Of a DNA stretch of 64,000 bases, positions 18,352 to 27,384 are shown piece after piece. The position numbers and the translations under genes are program-made. The notes below the pieces were generated by a model. The model had not been told where the DNA came from. It saw only the letters and a program-made list of their open reading frames with translations, and ran no database searches. The DNA lies in the IMG/VR virus record IMGVR_UViG_3300037294_000266, positions 62,001 to 126,000 of that record. One strand, given 5' to 3'. Every line of letters starts with the position of its first letter. The first letter of the stretch is position 1.

Positions 18352-18830
18352 TATGGCGCCTTAATGAAAATAGGTTTATCGAAAGCAAACACAGACTGGA
18401 TGTCCCGACGTGTGTTTGGTAAAGGGAGTGTGTACGGCTTGACCGTCTCGAGGAATTTTGGGTCTACTGTCATCACTTCAGGCATTGGTACATTAGTCCC
18501 ATAACCTGCGTTTGGTTCTATGGCCGCAAGTACCCTCTGATGTTCTTCTTCTTTAGCTGCCAGTTCTCGTTGGGCTTGCTCGATAGCTGCATCGACTTCT
18601 ACTTTATACTGACCTGAGAACACTCCTAATTCCAAATAGAAGTTGGCAGCCGACAGACGTTTTTCTGCGGTAGGCACTTCCATTAACTTGTCAATCAATC
18701 GGGTTTGACGATCGAATTGTTTCTGTTCCATCTCAGCACGCCAGCGAAGAGAGTTGTCTGCAATGCTAGTGAGCGCTGTGATGAGGACAGGAATTACAGC
18801 AATGGCGATGTGCTTACCGGTGATTTCCAT
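18351..18830 (-). CDS. Membrane-anchored coiled-coil protein
   Basis: N-terminal TM followed by a helical charged segment. Confidence 0.65.
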   Translation of the reverse strand: MEITGKHIAIAVIPVLITALTSIADNSLRWRAEMEQKQFDRQTRLIDKLMEVPTAEKRLSAANFYLELGVFSGQYKVEVDAAIEQAQRELAAKEEEHQRVLAAIEPNAGYGTNVPMPEVMTVDPKFLETVKPYTLPLPNTRRDIQSVFAFDKPIFIKAP

Positions 18831-18885
18831 GACAAATGCCCTATGTGATTATTCACATGATGGGACATAGTTTCACAGGCCTTCT

Positions 18886-19482
18886 TTAGATGACGATGTC
18901 ATCGGCCTCAGCCTTATAGGTCACAATGAGATTGGACAGTGGGTTAACAAGGATGTCGCCGTTAATGACCTGCTCCTTAGCCACCCGTCCCATCACCGTA
19001 CCTAGCTGAGCTACCATCTCATCAACGACTTGGTTGTTATCGCCTTTGACTTCAAAGGCCCATACAAACTCGCCTTTAATTGTGGCAGGGAACTTAAAGT
19101 CCTTAGTGTCCAACTTCATGTCAATGTGAGGTTGGTCAAGTAAGATGACGATCTTGCCCACGATACTTGAACACAGTGACATCATTGGGTCGGTGGGGTT
19201 GTGACTGATGAAGTCATCCTGTTTGATAAGGAAGCTCACGTAAATCGACGGAAGGCCTTCTTTCGCAAAGGCGTAATAAATGATCTCTTCATCTACCACG
19301 GTATACGGGACGACATGTACTGCAAGTGGACGATAGCCAACTGGACATTCAGGTGCGATGTCCAGGAAGTCCATGATGACCGTGTCCAACATGTATTCGT
19401 TGGTGTCGTCTTTCTTGAAAGCCAGACGATCGATCTTTGCACTTACATCAGGAGAGTCGAGGACAAACAGAGGTAGATTCAT
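18886..19482 (-). CDS. Hypothetical protein
   Basis: 198 aa, TAATG coupling. Confidence 0.7.
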   Translation of the reverse strand: MNLPLFVLDSPDVSAKIDRLAFKKDDTNEYMLDTVIMDFLDIAPECPVGYRPLAVHVVPYTVVDEEIIYYAFAKEGLPSIYVSFLIKQDDFISHNPTDPMMSLCSSIVGKIVILLDQPHIDMKLDTKDFKFPATIKGEFVWAFEVKGDNNQVVDEMVAQLGTVMGRVAKEQVINGDILVNPLSNLIVTYKAEADDIVI

Positions 19483-20162
19483 TAGTTGCTCCGTGGTTTC
19501 TTGTTGACTCGCATGCCCACGATACGCCGCATTCTAGCAGCAAACTCTGGGGATGCGCCATCAGCATCTAGGTTATCAAGATCAGCAAACACATTCATCG
19601 TAACGCCTTTGCGGACGTAGTAGTTAGTGCCTGGATATTTGGTCATGCCTTCAGTGTCACCACACGCCATCTCGATGATACGCGGTTCTCCTGAGAAACC
19701 GAACTGGGGGAACAGTACTACTTTCCCGTAGAAAGAACCCTTATCGTGTTCCTGCATCCAGTTATTGCACGCATCATGCTGGATAATCATTTCCTGTTCT
19801 GGATCCCATTTGGTACCTTCAGTCAACCAATTGTCACGGGTATCAAGTTTCACCGGATAGACTTCCAAACCATCCTTGCCGGTGAACAACATTCCGTGAT
19901 TACCGTCTTCGATAAACTGTTCAACAAGAATAGCACAGTCACGGATCTTGTTGATACACGACCACATGTACTTCACAGGATCGTCTGCACGGAAGATATC
20001 GCGACACAGGCGCTTTTGGATATCGCTGGTGACTTCACCGTAAAGCCGCGATGCCAGCTTCTTAACCTTTTTAGGGTTTGGGTTCTTGATGCCTTCGAAG
20101 ATGTCTAGGATAGCGGACTCTTCTTTAAGGTTATCGTATTCTGCTGGCTGGATAGGATCCAT
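19482..20162 (-). CDS. Hypothetical protein
   Basis: 226 aa, AGGAG SD. Confidence 0.75.
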   Translation of the reverse strand: MDPIQPAEYDNLKEESAILDIFEGIKNPNPKKVKKLASRLYGEVTSDIQKRLCRDIFRADDPVKYMWSCINKIRDCAILVEQFIEDGNHGMLFTGKDGLEVYPVKLDTRDNWLTEGTKWDPEQEMIIQHDACNNWMQEHDKGSFYGKVVLFPQFGFSGEPRIIEMACGDTEGMTKYPGTNYYVRKGVTMNVFADLDNLDADGASPEFAARMRRIVGMRVNKKPRSN

Positions 20163-20193
20163 TATAAACTCCTGGGTATGAACTTGTTAAACG

Positions 20194-20216
20194 ATGAGGG
20201 AGCGTTGCTCCCTCAT
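20194..20216. terminator. Intergenic stem-loop
   Basis: ATGAGGGAGC-GTT-GCTCCCTCAT. Confidence 0.7.
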
Positions 20217-20225
20217 TATGCCGAC

Positions 20226-20897
20226 TTAGTTAAACCAACGACGGAACGCTGCGCTGACAGATTCCTTCAACAAATCTGAATGAATGGAATCCATTGTCGG
20301 TGCAATGAAATTCTTGATGAAATAATCACCCATTACATCAGGCGCATGCGCCATCGAGGTTCTGATGATGGTCTCGGCTTGTTCTGGCACAATGCGGCAA
20401 GGCGAACAGAAGTACTTGGTGGTGATCTGACTTCCACCAGCGTGTGCACCGAACTGATTCTTGTTGCTGTGCATGGCCCACTGTGTGAAGATGCCGTCGA
20501 CAACGAAGTATGTACCGCCCAAGACACTGAGGAGATCGAACAGTTCATCACAGTCAAGATCGGTGTCGTTGACGCCTGATGCATAGCGCTCTACGTCGAA
20601 CAAACGACTGATCGGAACAATCCCTTCTTCAACAGCCAAGACACGGAACGCTGTAACGAGTTCGTCAAAGACCATGTCGTAAGCATCCTGACAACCCACC
20701 GGCAGAAGCCGCTCGGGGAACGTATCGGACAGAGCATCGCAGAGGATGGTGGCTTCGCCTTCACTTTGAACGAGATCCCAGACATTAGGATCTTCCGTCT
20801 TTTCCATACCGAGCACTTCCGTCAACTCTTCGAGGAGTTCGCGGTTGGTAACGTTGGAGAAGTAGACGCGATGGTGAGTGGTTTGGCTTGTGTGCAT
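20226..20897 (-). CDS. Hypothetical protein
   Basis: 223 aa, GGGG SD. Confidence 0.75.
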   Translation of the reverse strand: MHTSQTTHHRVYFSNVTNRELLEELTEVLGMEKTEDPNVWDLVQSEGEATILCDALSDTFPERLLPVGCQDAYDMVFDELVTAFRVLAVEEGIVPISRLFDVERYASGVNDTDLDCDELFDLLSVLGGTYFVVDGIFTQWAMHSNKNQFGAHAGGSQITTKYFCSPCRIVPEQAETIIRTSMAHAPDVMGDYFIKNFIAPTMDSIHSDLLKESVSAAFRRWFN

Positions 20898-20916
20898 TGT
20901 AAATCCCCTTAAATAA

Positions 20917-21363
20917 TCAATGACGGGTTGGTTTCATGTACTTGGCGTAATACTCGGAAATAGAATCCCAGTCTGTCGAATGGAAGATAAGATTAACGCT
21001 TTTCTTACCGATCAGGATAAACGACAACTCGTTAACCTTTTTATAGGCTGTCGAGGTGGTGTCGAAAATGATATCTGACTGCGGATGTGCCAGGAGGCTT
21101 ACTGCTGCCAGATACCCTAGGTCAGATACGATGTGCTTTATCTCGCTATAACTGACTTCGACATAGTCAGACCCTATCATTACGTCACGACCGACCGAGT
21201 TCCAAAGCTCAACCTTATCACTCTCCATGGAGAATGCAAATTCCAAATATCCGTCTTCTGGAGTACCGGCTTCTTTGACCAAATGAAGGGTGGCAGTCTG
21301 GTTAGCTGCAAGGCTTTTAATACAGAACTCAACCGCCACGTCGATGTCTTTAAACTCACTCAT
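20917..21363 (-). CDS. Hypothetical protein
   Basis: Start revised to MSEFKD. Confidence 0.65.
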   Translation of the reverse strand: MSEFKDIDVAVEFCIKSLAANQTATLHLVKEAGTPEDGYLEFAFSMESDKVELWNSVGRDVMIGSDYVEVSYSEIKHIVSDLGYLAAVSLLAHPQSDIIFDTTSTAYKKVNELSFILIGKKSVNLIFHSTDWDSISEYYAKYMKPTRH

Positions 21364-21373
21364 CGAATCACCT

Positions 21374-21769
21374 TTAGAACTTGTGAATGAGATATTGTTC
21401 AACGACGTCTTTTGCTTCGTGGATCGTCAATAACTCAATCGACTCACGTAGTTCTCGAACAGCACTGACCACTCGGCCGGCTTCAGCATGCGTTCGCCAG
21501 TTAGGGATGGGCTTAGCTGACTCAAACTCACGGACGTACAGGACGCTGGCAAGGGACTGGAGTTTCTTAACAGCTTTACCAGCCTTCACGTTTAAAAGCC
21601 CACCGGCCTCAAGAATGCTGACGTTGGCGTGGGTTTTGAAATCGACCACTAGATCGAAATCATTGATGGTCATGAGAGAAGCTACCAGTTCTTCAATCTC
21701 ATTGAGTTTCTCGTCCACCACTTTCAATTTAGTGGAGAGTAATTTAGCTTTATCAATTAGAGCAGCCAT
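21374..21769 (-). CDS. Protein with C-terminal ribosomal L7/L12-CTD-like motif
   Basis: RVVSAVRELRESIELLTIHEAKDVVEQ resembles K-I-x-A-I-K-x-x-R-x-x-T-G-x-x-L-K-E-A-K-D-x-V-E. Confidence 0.5.
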   Translation of the reverse strand: MAALIDKAKLLSTKLKVVDEKLNEIEELVASLMTINDFDLVVDFKTHANVSILEAGGLLNVKAGKAVKKLQSLASVLYVREFESAKPIPNWRTHAEAGRVVSAVRELRESIELLTIHEAKDVVEQYLIHKF

Positions 21770-21811
21770 GATGAATCCCCTTGGATGTATACTTAGGTAA
21801 TGTACTGTTAT

Positions 21812-22129
21812 TCAGAATTTCAGATCGAATTGCACGGTTAGCTGATGAGCCAGCCAATCGGCCCTGTCACACGCCCGGCGATCTACGTACGACAGGTCGC
21901 CATAGCCCGACACACTGTAACCAATAAGCTGTGCGAACTGCTGGTGCTCTTCTTGAGTATAACGATTAAGTGCTATCTCATTAAGGCCATAGCCGTTAAG
22001 TTTACTGACCTCTAACACATCCCTGACGATTCGGTTGTCGAGGAAACGAATATGGCCATTAGAATCAAGATAGACGGGCTGGATAGGGGGTTCGTCACCC
22101 TCGTAAAGGATTACCATTTCACCGGACAT
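21812..22129 (-). CDS. Conserved phage hypothetical protein
   Basis: QP...G.IRF..N.IV...LNEIA...QFAQLIGYSVSGY pattern. Confidence 0.7.
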   Translation of the reverse strand: MSGEMVILYEGDEPPIQPVYLDSNGHIRFLDNRIVRDVLEVSKLNGYGLNEIALNRYTQEEHQQFAQLIGYSVSGYGDLSYVDRRACDRADWLAHQLTVQFDLKF

Positions 22130-22628
22130 AATTAATCACCTCTGTGGCATAACGACCACCTGTCTCTTTCATTACCTTACGGTGTTCTTCCAACCAGTCA
22201 GTGGCTGAAGCTGCCTCTGATTTACGTCGTTTAGGGCAGGTGTAGTTAGTAGTGACGTAGGTTATCTGCCACGAACCACCAAGGTCGATTTCTTCACCCG
22301 TACTTTCAAACACAGACTTGAGTGATGAATAAACGACTCCCGTGGCGAAATCAATACTGATCTCCAAGGTATGGATATACCCAGGAGTTCTAATCGTTCG
22401 ACTTACCGGCCCTTCTTTAAGGATCATTGCAGGAGTGAGTTCGATGGCCTGTCCTGCTATCGTTATAAACTTAACCATCGGACTTTGTTCAACACGTTCA
22501 CGTATCTTTAAACGTCCATCATCCGCATCCTGAAGCGCCGCTATATCGGCCGCAGATGTGGATTGTGATGCTTTATTGGCATATTGAGAAGATATAACAA
22601 GTGAAAGCATATTGAGCTTCATGTACAC
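22119..22628 (-). CDS. Hypothetical protein
   Basis: 169 aa, GAGGTG SD. Confidence 0.65.
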   Translation of the reverse strand: MYMKLNMLSLVISSQYANKASQSTSAADIAALQDADDGRLKIRERVEQSPMVKFITIAGQAIELTPAMILKEGPVSRTIRTPGYIHTLEISIDFATGVVYSSLKSVFESTGEEIDLGGSWQITYVTTNYTCPKRRKSEAASATDWLEEHRKVMKETGGRYATEVINYVR

Positions 22629-22643
22629 CTCACATCGGGCAAA

Positions 22644-22668
22644 AGAGTGGTGGGATTCCCACCACTCT
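22644..22668. terminator. Intergenic stem-loop after tmk
   Basis: AGAGTGGTGGG-ATT-CCCACCACTCT. Confidence 0.7.
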
Positions 22669-22672
22669 ATCT

Positions 22673-23356
22673 TTAGACAACAGGTCTTGCACGCATGACA
22701 GCATCGATATTCATCAGATGAGGTATTAGCTGAGCCTTTACCTGTTCTTCATTGACTTCCGCATTGATCAGTACGTAGCGTTCTTTGTTAGCCCACGCAA
22801 AGTCACGATACAGGTTACGGGTCTTATAATGGAAGTCAGAACCCATTTTGTCGAAATGATTCAACTTACTGGATTCACCACGCAACGCCAAGCGCTTACG
22901 AAAAACCTCAGGATCGCCATCGAGAACAATGGTCAGGTCTGGTACGATTCCGTCGAATGCCAGGTTGTGCATCTCACGCAGCTTAATGATGTCAAGTCCA
23001 CGACCAGCACCCTGGTAACAGAACGTACTGTCACAGAATCGATCAGTGATAACCAGACTACCTTCGGCAAGACGCGGCTTCACCATGTTGTCAAGATGCA
23101 GTGCACGAGCCACCATGAACAACAGTGTTTCTGCCATCGGGGAGATTGGCTCAGAAAGACTTTCACGATCGGCAAGAATGTACTTCTCACGAATCTGTTC
23201 AGCCAAAGGAGTACCGCCTGGTTCACGGGTCATGACAGGAACGATTCCCACAGAAGAAAAATACTCCTGCATGAAGTCTCGCATGGTGGTCTTACCAGAA
23301 CCGTCGGCACCTTCCAGACACAAGAAGAAACCTTTGTTTTTAGGTGTTGAAGACAT
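22673..23356 (-). CDS. tmk: Thymidylate (dTMP) kinase
   Basis: LEGADGSGKTT, TREPGGTPLAEQIRE, ITDRFCDSTFCYQGAGRG, PDLTIVLD. Confidence 0.95.
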   Translation of the reverse strand: MSSTPKNKGFFLCLEGADGSGKTTMRDFMQEYFSSVGIVPVMTREPGGTPLAEQIREKYILADRESLSEPISPMAETLLFMVARALHLDNMVKPRLAEGSLVITDRFCDSTFCYQGAGRGLDIIKLREMHNLAFDGIVPDLTIVLDGDPEVFRKRLALRGESSKLNHFDKMGSDFHYKTRNLYRDFAWANKERYVLINAEVNEEQVKAQLIPHLMNIDAVMRARPVV

Positions 23357-23449
23357 GCATGTCCCTTTTATAAATGGCGAGTCGTCTTTGGTAACGTTCG
23401 TAGGGCCAAAGCCACGCGCCAGGGCAGTTGCTCGATTCATTCGCATGAG

Positions 23450-23668
23450 TTAGCCTTTCTGAGGTTCGTTATCCTGAGACGTATCTTCAGGACTGAGATT
23501 GAATAATTGAGTCAGCGACATACCGCCTGGCCGCTTGACCTCCTTGACTTCGCAAACGACGCCTTGATCACCGTAACGATCGGTGGTCTTAAAACCAGGA
23601 GTCCGACACATCGAGGTCATGCTACTATGGCCAGATTTTAAAACGACTCCAGCATTTTCATTCAGCAT
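23450..23668 (-). CDS. Small hypothetical protein (72 aa)
   Basis: GAGG SD before ATG 23668. The longer ORF-track start overlaps the neighbouring gene. Confidence 0.55.
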   Translation of the reverse strand: MLNENAGVVLKSGHSSMTSMCRTPGFKTTDRYGDQGVVCEVKEVKRPGGMSLTQLFNLSPEDTSQDNEPQKG

Positions 23669-24176
23669 GATCGACCTCTTTGAATTCCAACGACAGTACG
23701 TTATCCACAATCTCTTGCAACTGCGGATTCGATTTGACACGGTATGTGAACTGACCGCTCTGGATACCGTCCGTCTTACAGACCCATTCAATAATTCGCT
23801 GCCCAGGCTTAGGGTCTTGGACGATTTCAACAATCGGTTCCCAGATCGAGTACTTCTGGTACTTGAAATTGCGATAGCGGGCCCACTGTACGAACGCTCT
23901 GCTTTTATAGCAGTCGTCTTCACCATCACCGTGGATCAGATCCACGATATTCACGATGCCAGCCGAGACTTTCATCATTCGGAAGAAGTTATCATCGAAC
24001 GACATCTGACTGATATGAAAGTTAGGTTCTTCCTTTGGACTGTGGCCCCAGGCTTTCCACCAGATACCTCGGAAGAAATCCTTCACCGGCAGCCAAGTGT
24101 TGACAAACTTGATTACCAGATAACATTGAAAGAAATGTCTGATGGCGTGCTGAACTTCTTGACTGATAGTGCTCAT
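23658..24176 (-). CDS. Hypothetical protein
   Basis: 172 aa. Confidence 0.7.
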   Translation of the reverse strand: MSTISQEVQHAIRHFFQCYLVIKFVNTWLPVKDFFRGIWWKAWGHSPKEEPNFHISQMSFDDNFFRMMKVSAGIVNIVDLIHGDGEDDCYKSRAFVQWARYRNFKYQKYSIWEPIVEIVQDPKPGQRIIEWVCKTDGIQSGQFTYRVKSNPQLQEIVDNVLSLEFKEVDHAE

Positions 24177-24178
24177 GG

Positions 24179-24808
24179 CTACTCCAGTGTTGGAATGGGT
24201 ATGTTTCGCTTGGTTAGTTGGACCTCGACCCAGGATTTGAACTTGTCACGTTCTTCTTCCAGATACAGGTTTACTCTTTTGACATTGTTCATGATGGCAA
24301 TTTGCACGGCAGTGTTTGTACCGCCTTTAACCAGACCTTTCTTGCCCACCGGTTTAGCGTAGAACAACACTACCCACACCGGATGAATTAAAGTCTCGCT
24401 CAGCACCTGCATTGGATTGCGGCTATGTAGACCGATGCCCGATGCAAACAACCCTTCAAATGAACCACGAGCCCTGAAAGCCATAGCTTTTGATTCTTCA
24501 TGGGTTTCGTAACGTTCTGCTTCATGACAACCAATGACGGGATCGTGAGGAAGACCCCGCTGGTTCTTGAGACCGGTGTAGTAGATCTGTGCAGGAGGCA
24601 TGTCTACCGCTTTACCAGTTAAGTAGCCACTGAGAAAGAAGAAGTCGGCACCTTCGGCATCTCCAGTACTAAGTACCCCACCTAAGAGGGCCATGCATCG
24701 ACCGGCCCAGATAAGAAAGGGGACGTGCTCAACAGGAACTTCTCGAGAACCTACGCCACACCAACGGAAATGCCACTTGAAGCCCATGCTCTTCCACAAA
24801 TCAGTCAT
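24179..24808 (-). CDS. SLOG-superfamily (DprA/YpsA-like) nucleotide-binding protein
   Basis: CGVGSREVP...LSTGDAEGAD...VLFYAKP...GGTNTAVQIA. Confidence 0.75.
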   Translation of the reverse strand: MTDLWKSMGFKWHFRWCGVGSREVPVEHVPFLIWAGRCMALLGGVLSTGDAEGADFFFLSGYLTGKAVDMPPAQIYYTGLKNQRGLPHDPVIGCHEAERYETHEESKAMAFRARGSFEGLFASGIGLHSRNPMQVLSETLIHPVWVVLFYAKPVGKKGLVKGGTNTAVQIAIMNNVKRVNLYLEEERDKFKSWVEVQLTKRNIPIPTLE

Positions 24809-25421
24809 GCCAACTCACTTTAGCCAGGTTCATGTAGCGTTTCATGCCGTCCTTAAATAGATCGGCACAGCCATTATTCGCACCAACAAGCGCCATCTTG
24901 AATTCAAGTAAAGCCTGTCGCTGCTGCCGCAATGCTACTTCGGCGACTGCACCGCCAGTTCCAACGCAGTACAGTGGACATAGTGCTTTCTTAAACACCA
25001 TTCCATTCTTTCTTTCATATTCGTGAACAGCTACAAGCGAACTGTACATGGACATGTAAGGAAGAAGAACGTCTGTAAACTGAGTGGGTACAAACATGGT
25101 TGGCGTGTAGACAAATCCACGTCCGTTGACCACGACCACTTCAGCGCGTCCTACAGGCATCATGCCGAAGTATTTGGTAGCGATCATCTGACGTATAGTA
25201 GTTTCAACCTCACTACCATAGACATCAACCACGCCCTGATCGAACCCTCCAGTCATGTGACCAAAACTATTGCCAGGGCAGAACACCAGATCAAAACGGT
25301 TCAGACTTTCACGGACCTCATCGTCGTCCTTTAAGAACACTGAAATGAAGTCCACCGAATCGTCCACTATGGCAAACTTAATTTGAGAGCGATCGTGGAC
25401 AACGAAAGACATGCGTTCCAT
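24801..25421 (-). CDS. Macro domain (ADP-ribose-binding/hydrolase) protein
   Basis: VFCPGNSFGHMTGGFDQGV...PTMFVP...CVGTGG. Confidence 0.8.
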   Translation of the reverse strand: MERMSFVVHDRSQIKFAIVDDSVDFISVFLKDDDEVRESLNRFDLVFCPGNSFGHMTGGFDQGVVDVYGSEVETTIRQMIATKYFGMMPVGRAEVVVVNGRGFVYTPTMFVPTQFTDVLLPYMSMYSSLVAVHEYERKNGMVFKKALCPLYCVGTGGAVAEVALRQQRQALLEFKMALVGANNGCADLFKDGMKRYMNLAKVSWHD

Positions 25422-25984
25422 TAAACGTCACCGTCTAACATAGCGCGCATGGCGCACAGATCAGGCATGGCCAGATCCATGGTAGTGATGATGCCGGCGT
25501 AATGTTTGATCTTGTCGTAATGGGCCATCTCAAATGGAATGCCTACGAACTTGTCGTAAAGTACCGATTTTAACGACTGGCTGTCAATCACGTCATCCAC
25601 GTGATCAGGGTCGACAATATTGCGCAGGGTCATAGGGACGATCAGATGACCGTCGAAGACTGTGCCGCGAGAGATGCTGTTAAAAGCCATTCGCAGATGA
25701 CCGGGAATAGGTGGGATGTTCATCTGACCGGTATCGCCCTGTTCCGACTGGTAATGTGCAGCCATCACATGGTAACTATCTAACCACCAGATAAATAGGT
25801 TACGGTTCTCGACCGAGTTTGGATCGGCCATCTCAACGAAACCCTTGCCACCATGATCAAGACGATAACGAGTCTCTGTTGAGATCACGTAGTAGATATT
25901 GTCATGGGTGATCTGGCCAGCTTGAAAAGCTTCTTCCAAGGCAGCCCGATCTTCGTAATTGATTTCTGGTTTGTAGTTGAGCAT
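25421..25984 (-). CDS. Hypothetical protein
   Basis: 187 aa, TAATG coupling. Confidence 0.7.
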   Translation of the reverse strand: MLNYKPEINYEDRAALEEAFQAGQITHDNIYYVISTETRYRLDHGGKGFVEMADPNSVENRNLFIWWLDSYHVMAAHYQSEQGDTGQMNIPPIPGHLRMAFNSISRGTVFDGHLIVPMTLRNIVDPDHVDDVIDSQSLKSVLYDKFVGIPFEMAHYDKIKHYAGIITTMDLAMPDLCAMRAMLDGDV

Positions 25985-25987
25985 TAC

Positions 25988-26179
25988 TTATCCCCTGTGC
26001 ATGATTTCAGCGAGGCCTTTACGGGCGACACTGAGTCGGTAATGAGCCGGTTGTCCAGCCACTTGGTAATGGACGCCTTTCTTTAGTTGCCCGGCATCAT
26101 GGGCGCGTTCTAGAGCAATCTTACTCTGGAACAGAATGGGTTGAGTCTTCATATTTTCTTTGGATTCGTTAATACACAC
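25988..26179 (-). CDS. Hypothetical protein
   Basis: 63 aa. Confidence 0.55.
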   Translation of the reverse strand: MCINESKENMKTQPILFQSKIALERAHDAGQLKKGVHYQVAGQPAHYRLSVARKGLAEIMHRG

Positions 26180-26223
26180 TATCTTGCCGATAGGTTTGTT
26201 TTTACAGATTGTAGGACTGACAG

Positions 26224-26254
26224 CATACAGGGAGGGCAGAACCCTCCCTGTATG
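26224..26254. terminator. Intergenic stem-loop of the CATACAGGGAGGG family
   Basis: CATACAGGGAGGG-CAGAA-CCCTCCCTGTATG. Confidence 0.75.
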
Positions 26255-26260
26255 TGCCGA

Positions 26261-26599
26261 CTAGACCGCTTTGTAAAACTTCAAGAACTTGGCCAGTGAG
26301 ATACTCTGGCTGTGCTTGTCGCTGGGCTGGTCTTTGTACAACGCTACATCCTTACGGATCTCGATCAGGTAGACCTGAGTTGTCTGGCCATTACGGACCG
26401 TCTTGTACCAGCTGTTGAGCTCACCGGTGAAGGCAAGAGGTTCAGGCTGGACTTGAGGAGGACGACGGGTGATCTCAGGCGCAGCAATTTCAACCAGCCG
26501 ACCAAGCGACTGGAAACTATCGGCACGTTGACCACGACCTTTAGATTGAAACTCGTCATTACGACTGGAGCATGGCGTTGTCATGGATTGTTGGCTCAT
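26261..26599 (-). CDS. Hypothetical protein
   Basis: 112 aa. Confidence 0.6.
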   Translation of the reverse strand: MSQQSMTTPCSSRNDEFQSKGRGQRADSFQSLGRLVEIAAPEITRRPPQVQPEPLAFTGELNSWYKTVRNGQTTQVYLIEIRKDVALYKDQPSDKHSQSISLAKFLKFYKAV

Positions 26600-27329
26600 T
26601 TACAGTTCCTTTACTCTTTGAGTTTTGGTTTTCTGTTGAAGGTGGTTTAAGTTCTGGAAGGTGTCGCATGAAGGAATTAGAACCGAAGATAGGGTTGGAT
26701 GTCAGGTCGACTCGTTCCACCATTACTGCGATCTCACTCATGTGTAAGGCGATATCAGACTGAAGTGCCAGTCGAAGACGCTCTATATCCTCATCACTGA
26801 TCAGCGTGTGCTGTCCATCGGGTATAACACAGAGTCTTAAGACCCCTAGGTAATCCCCTTTTAAATCAATAAGGTTGGCTGAAATGTAGAAGGGTGCTTC
26901 TATCCCGAACATAACAGTCAACATTTGCTGTTGATGATTAAGTATCGCAAACGACTTATGCGTGTAGCGGTGCGTAAGTTTCTCTTCCCAGAAGAACTCT
27001 GGGTTGATATCAAAGCGATACTCGTTAAGTAAACGTGCGGCAGGCCTCCTAGCAGCTCCGAAGTGCACCGATACCTCAGCACCGACATGAAGCAATCGCT
27101 TCCCTGCCAAATACTCTATAAACGCCGGTAGGGCGTTCTCAGTATAGATGTCTTTACCAGACCTGTTAGTCTTTTCACAGAACGTAGCCATCTCCTTACT
27201 TAAATCAATATCTGAGATAGCTACGACTGTGATTCTCCTCGGACGATCAGGGACGTTGTCGTCGAAGGTGAAAGTTATCAATTCTCCTGCTTTAACGAGT
27301 ACCAGTCCCAGTGTGTGTTTACCGGGCAT
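26559..27329 (-). CDS. Hypothetical protein
   Basis: 256 aa, downstream of TACATTA at 27369. Confidence 0.7.
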   Translation of the reverse strand: MPGKHTLGLVLVKAGELITFTFDDNVPDRPRRITVVAISDIDLSKEMATFCEKTNRSGKDIYTENALPAFIEYLAGKRLLHVGAEVSVHFGAARRPAARLLNEYRFDINPEFFWEEKLTHRYTHKSFAILNHQQQMLTVMFGIEAPFYISANLIDLKGDYLGVLRLCVIPDGQHTLISDEDIERLRLALQSDIALHMSEIAVMVERVDLTSNPIFGSNSFMRHLPELKPPSTENQNSKSKGTVNEPTIHDNAMLQS

Positions 27330-27384
27330 AAAGGCGAACCTCGGGTTGAGGGATGGGTATTCAAGTGATAATGTACTGTTGAAA

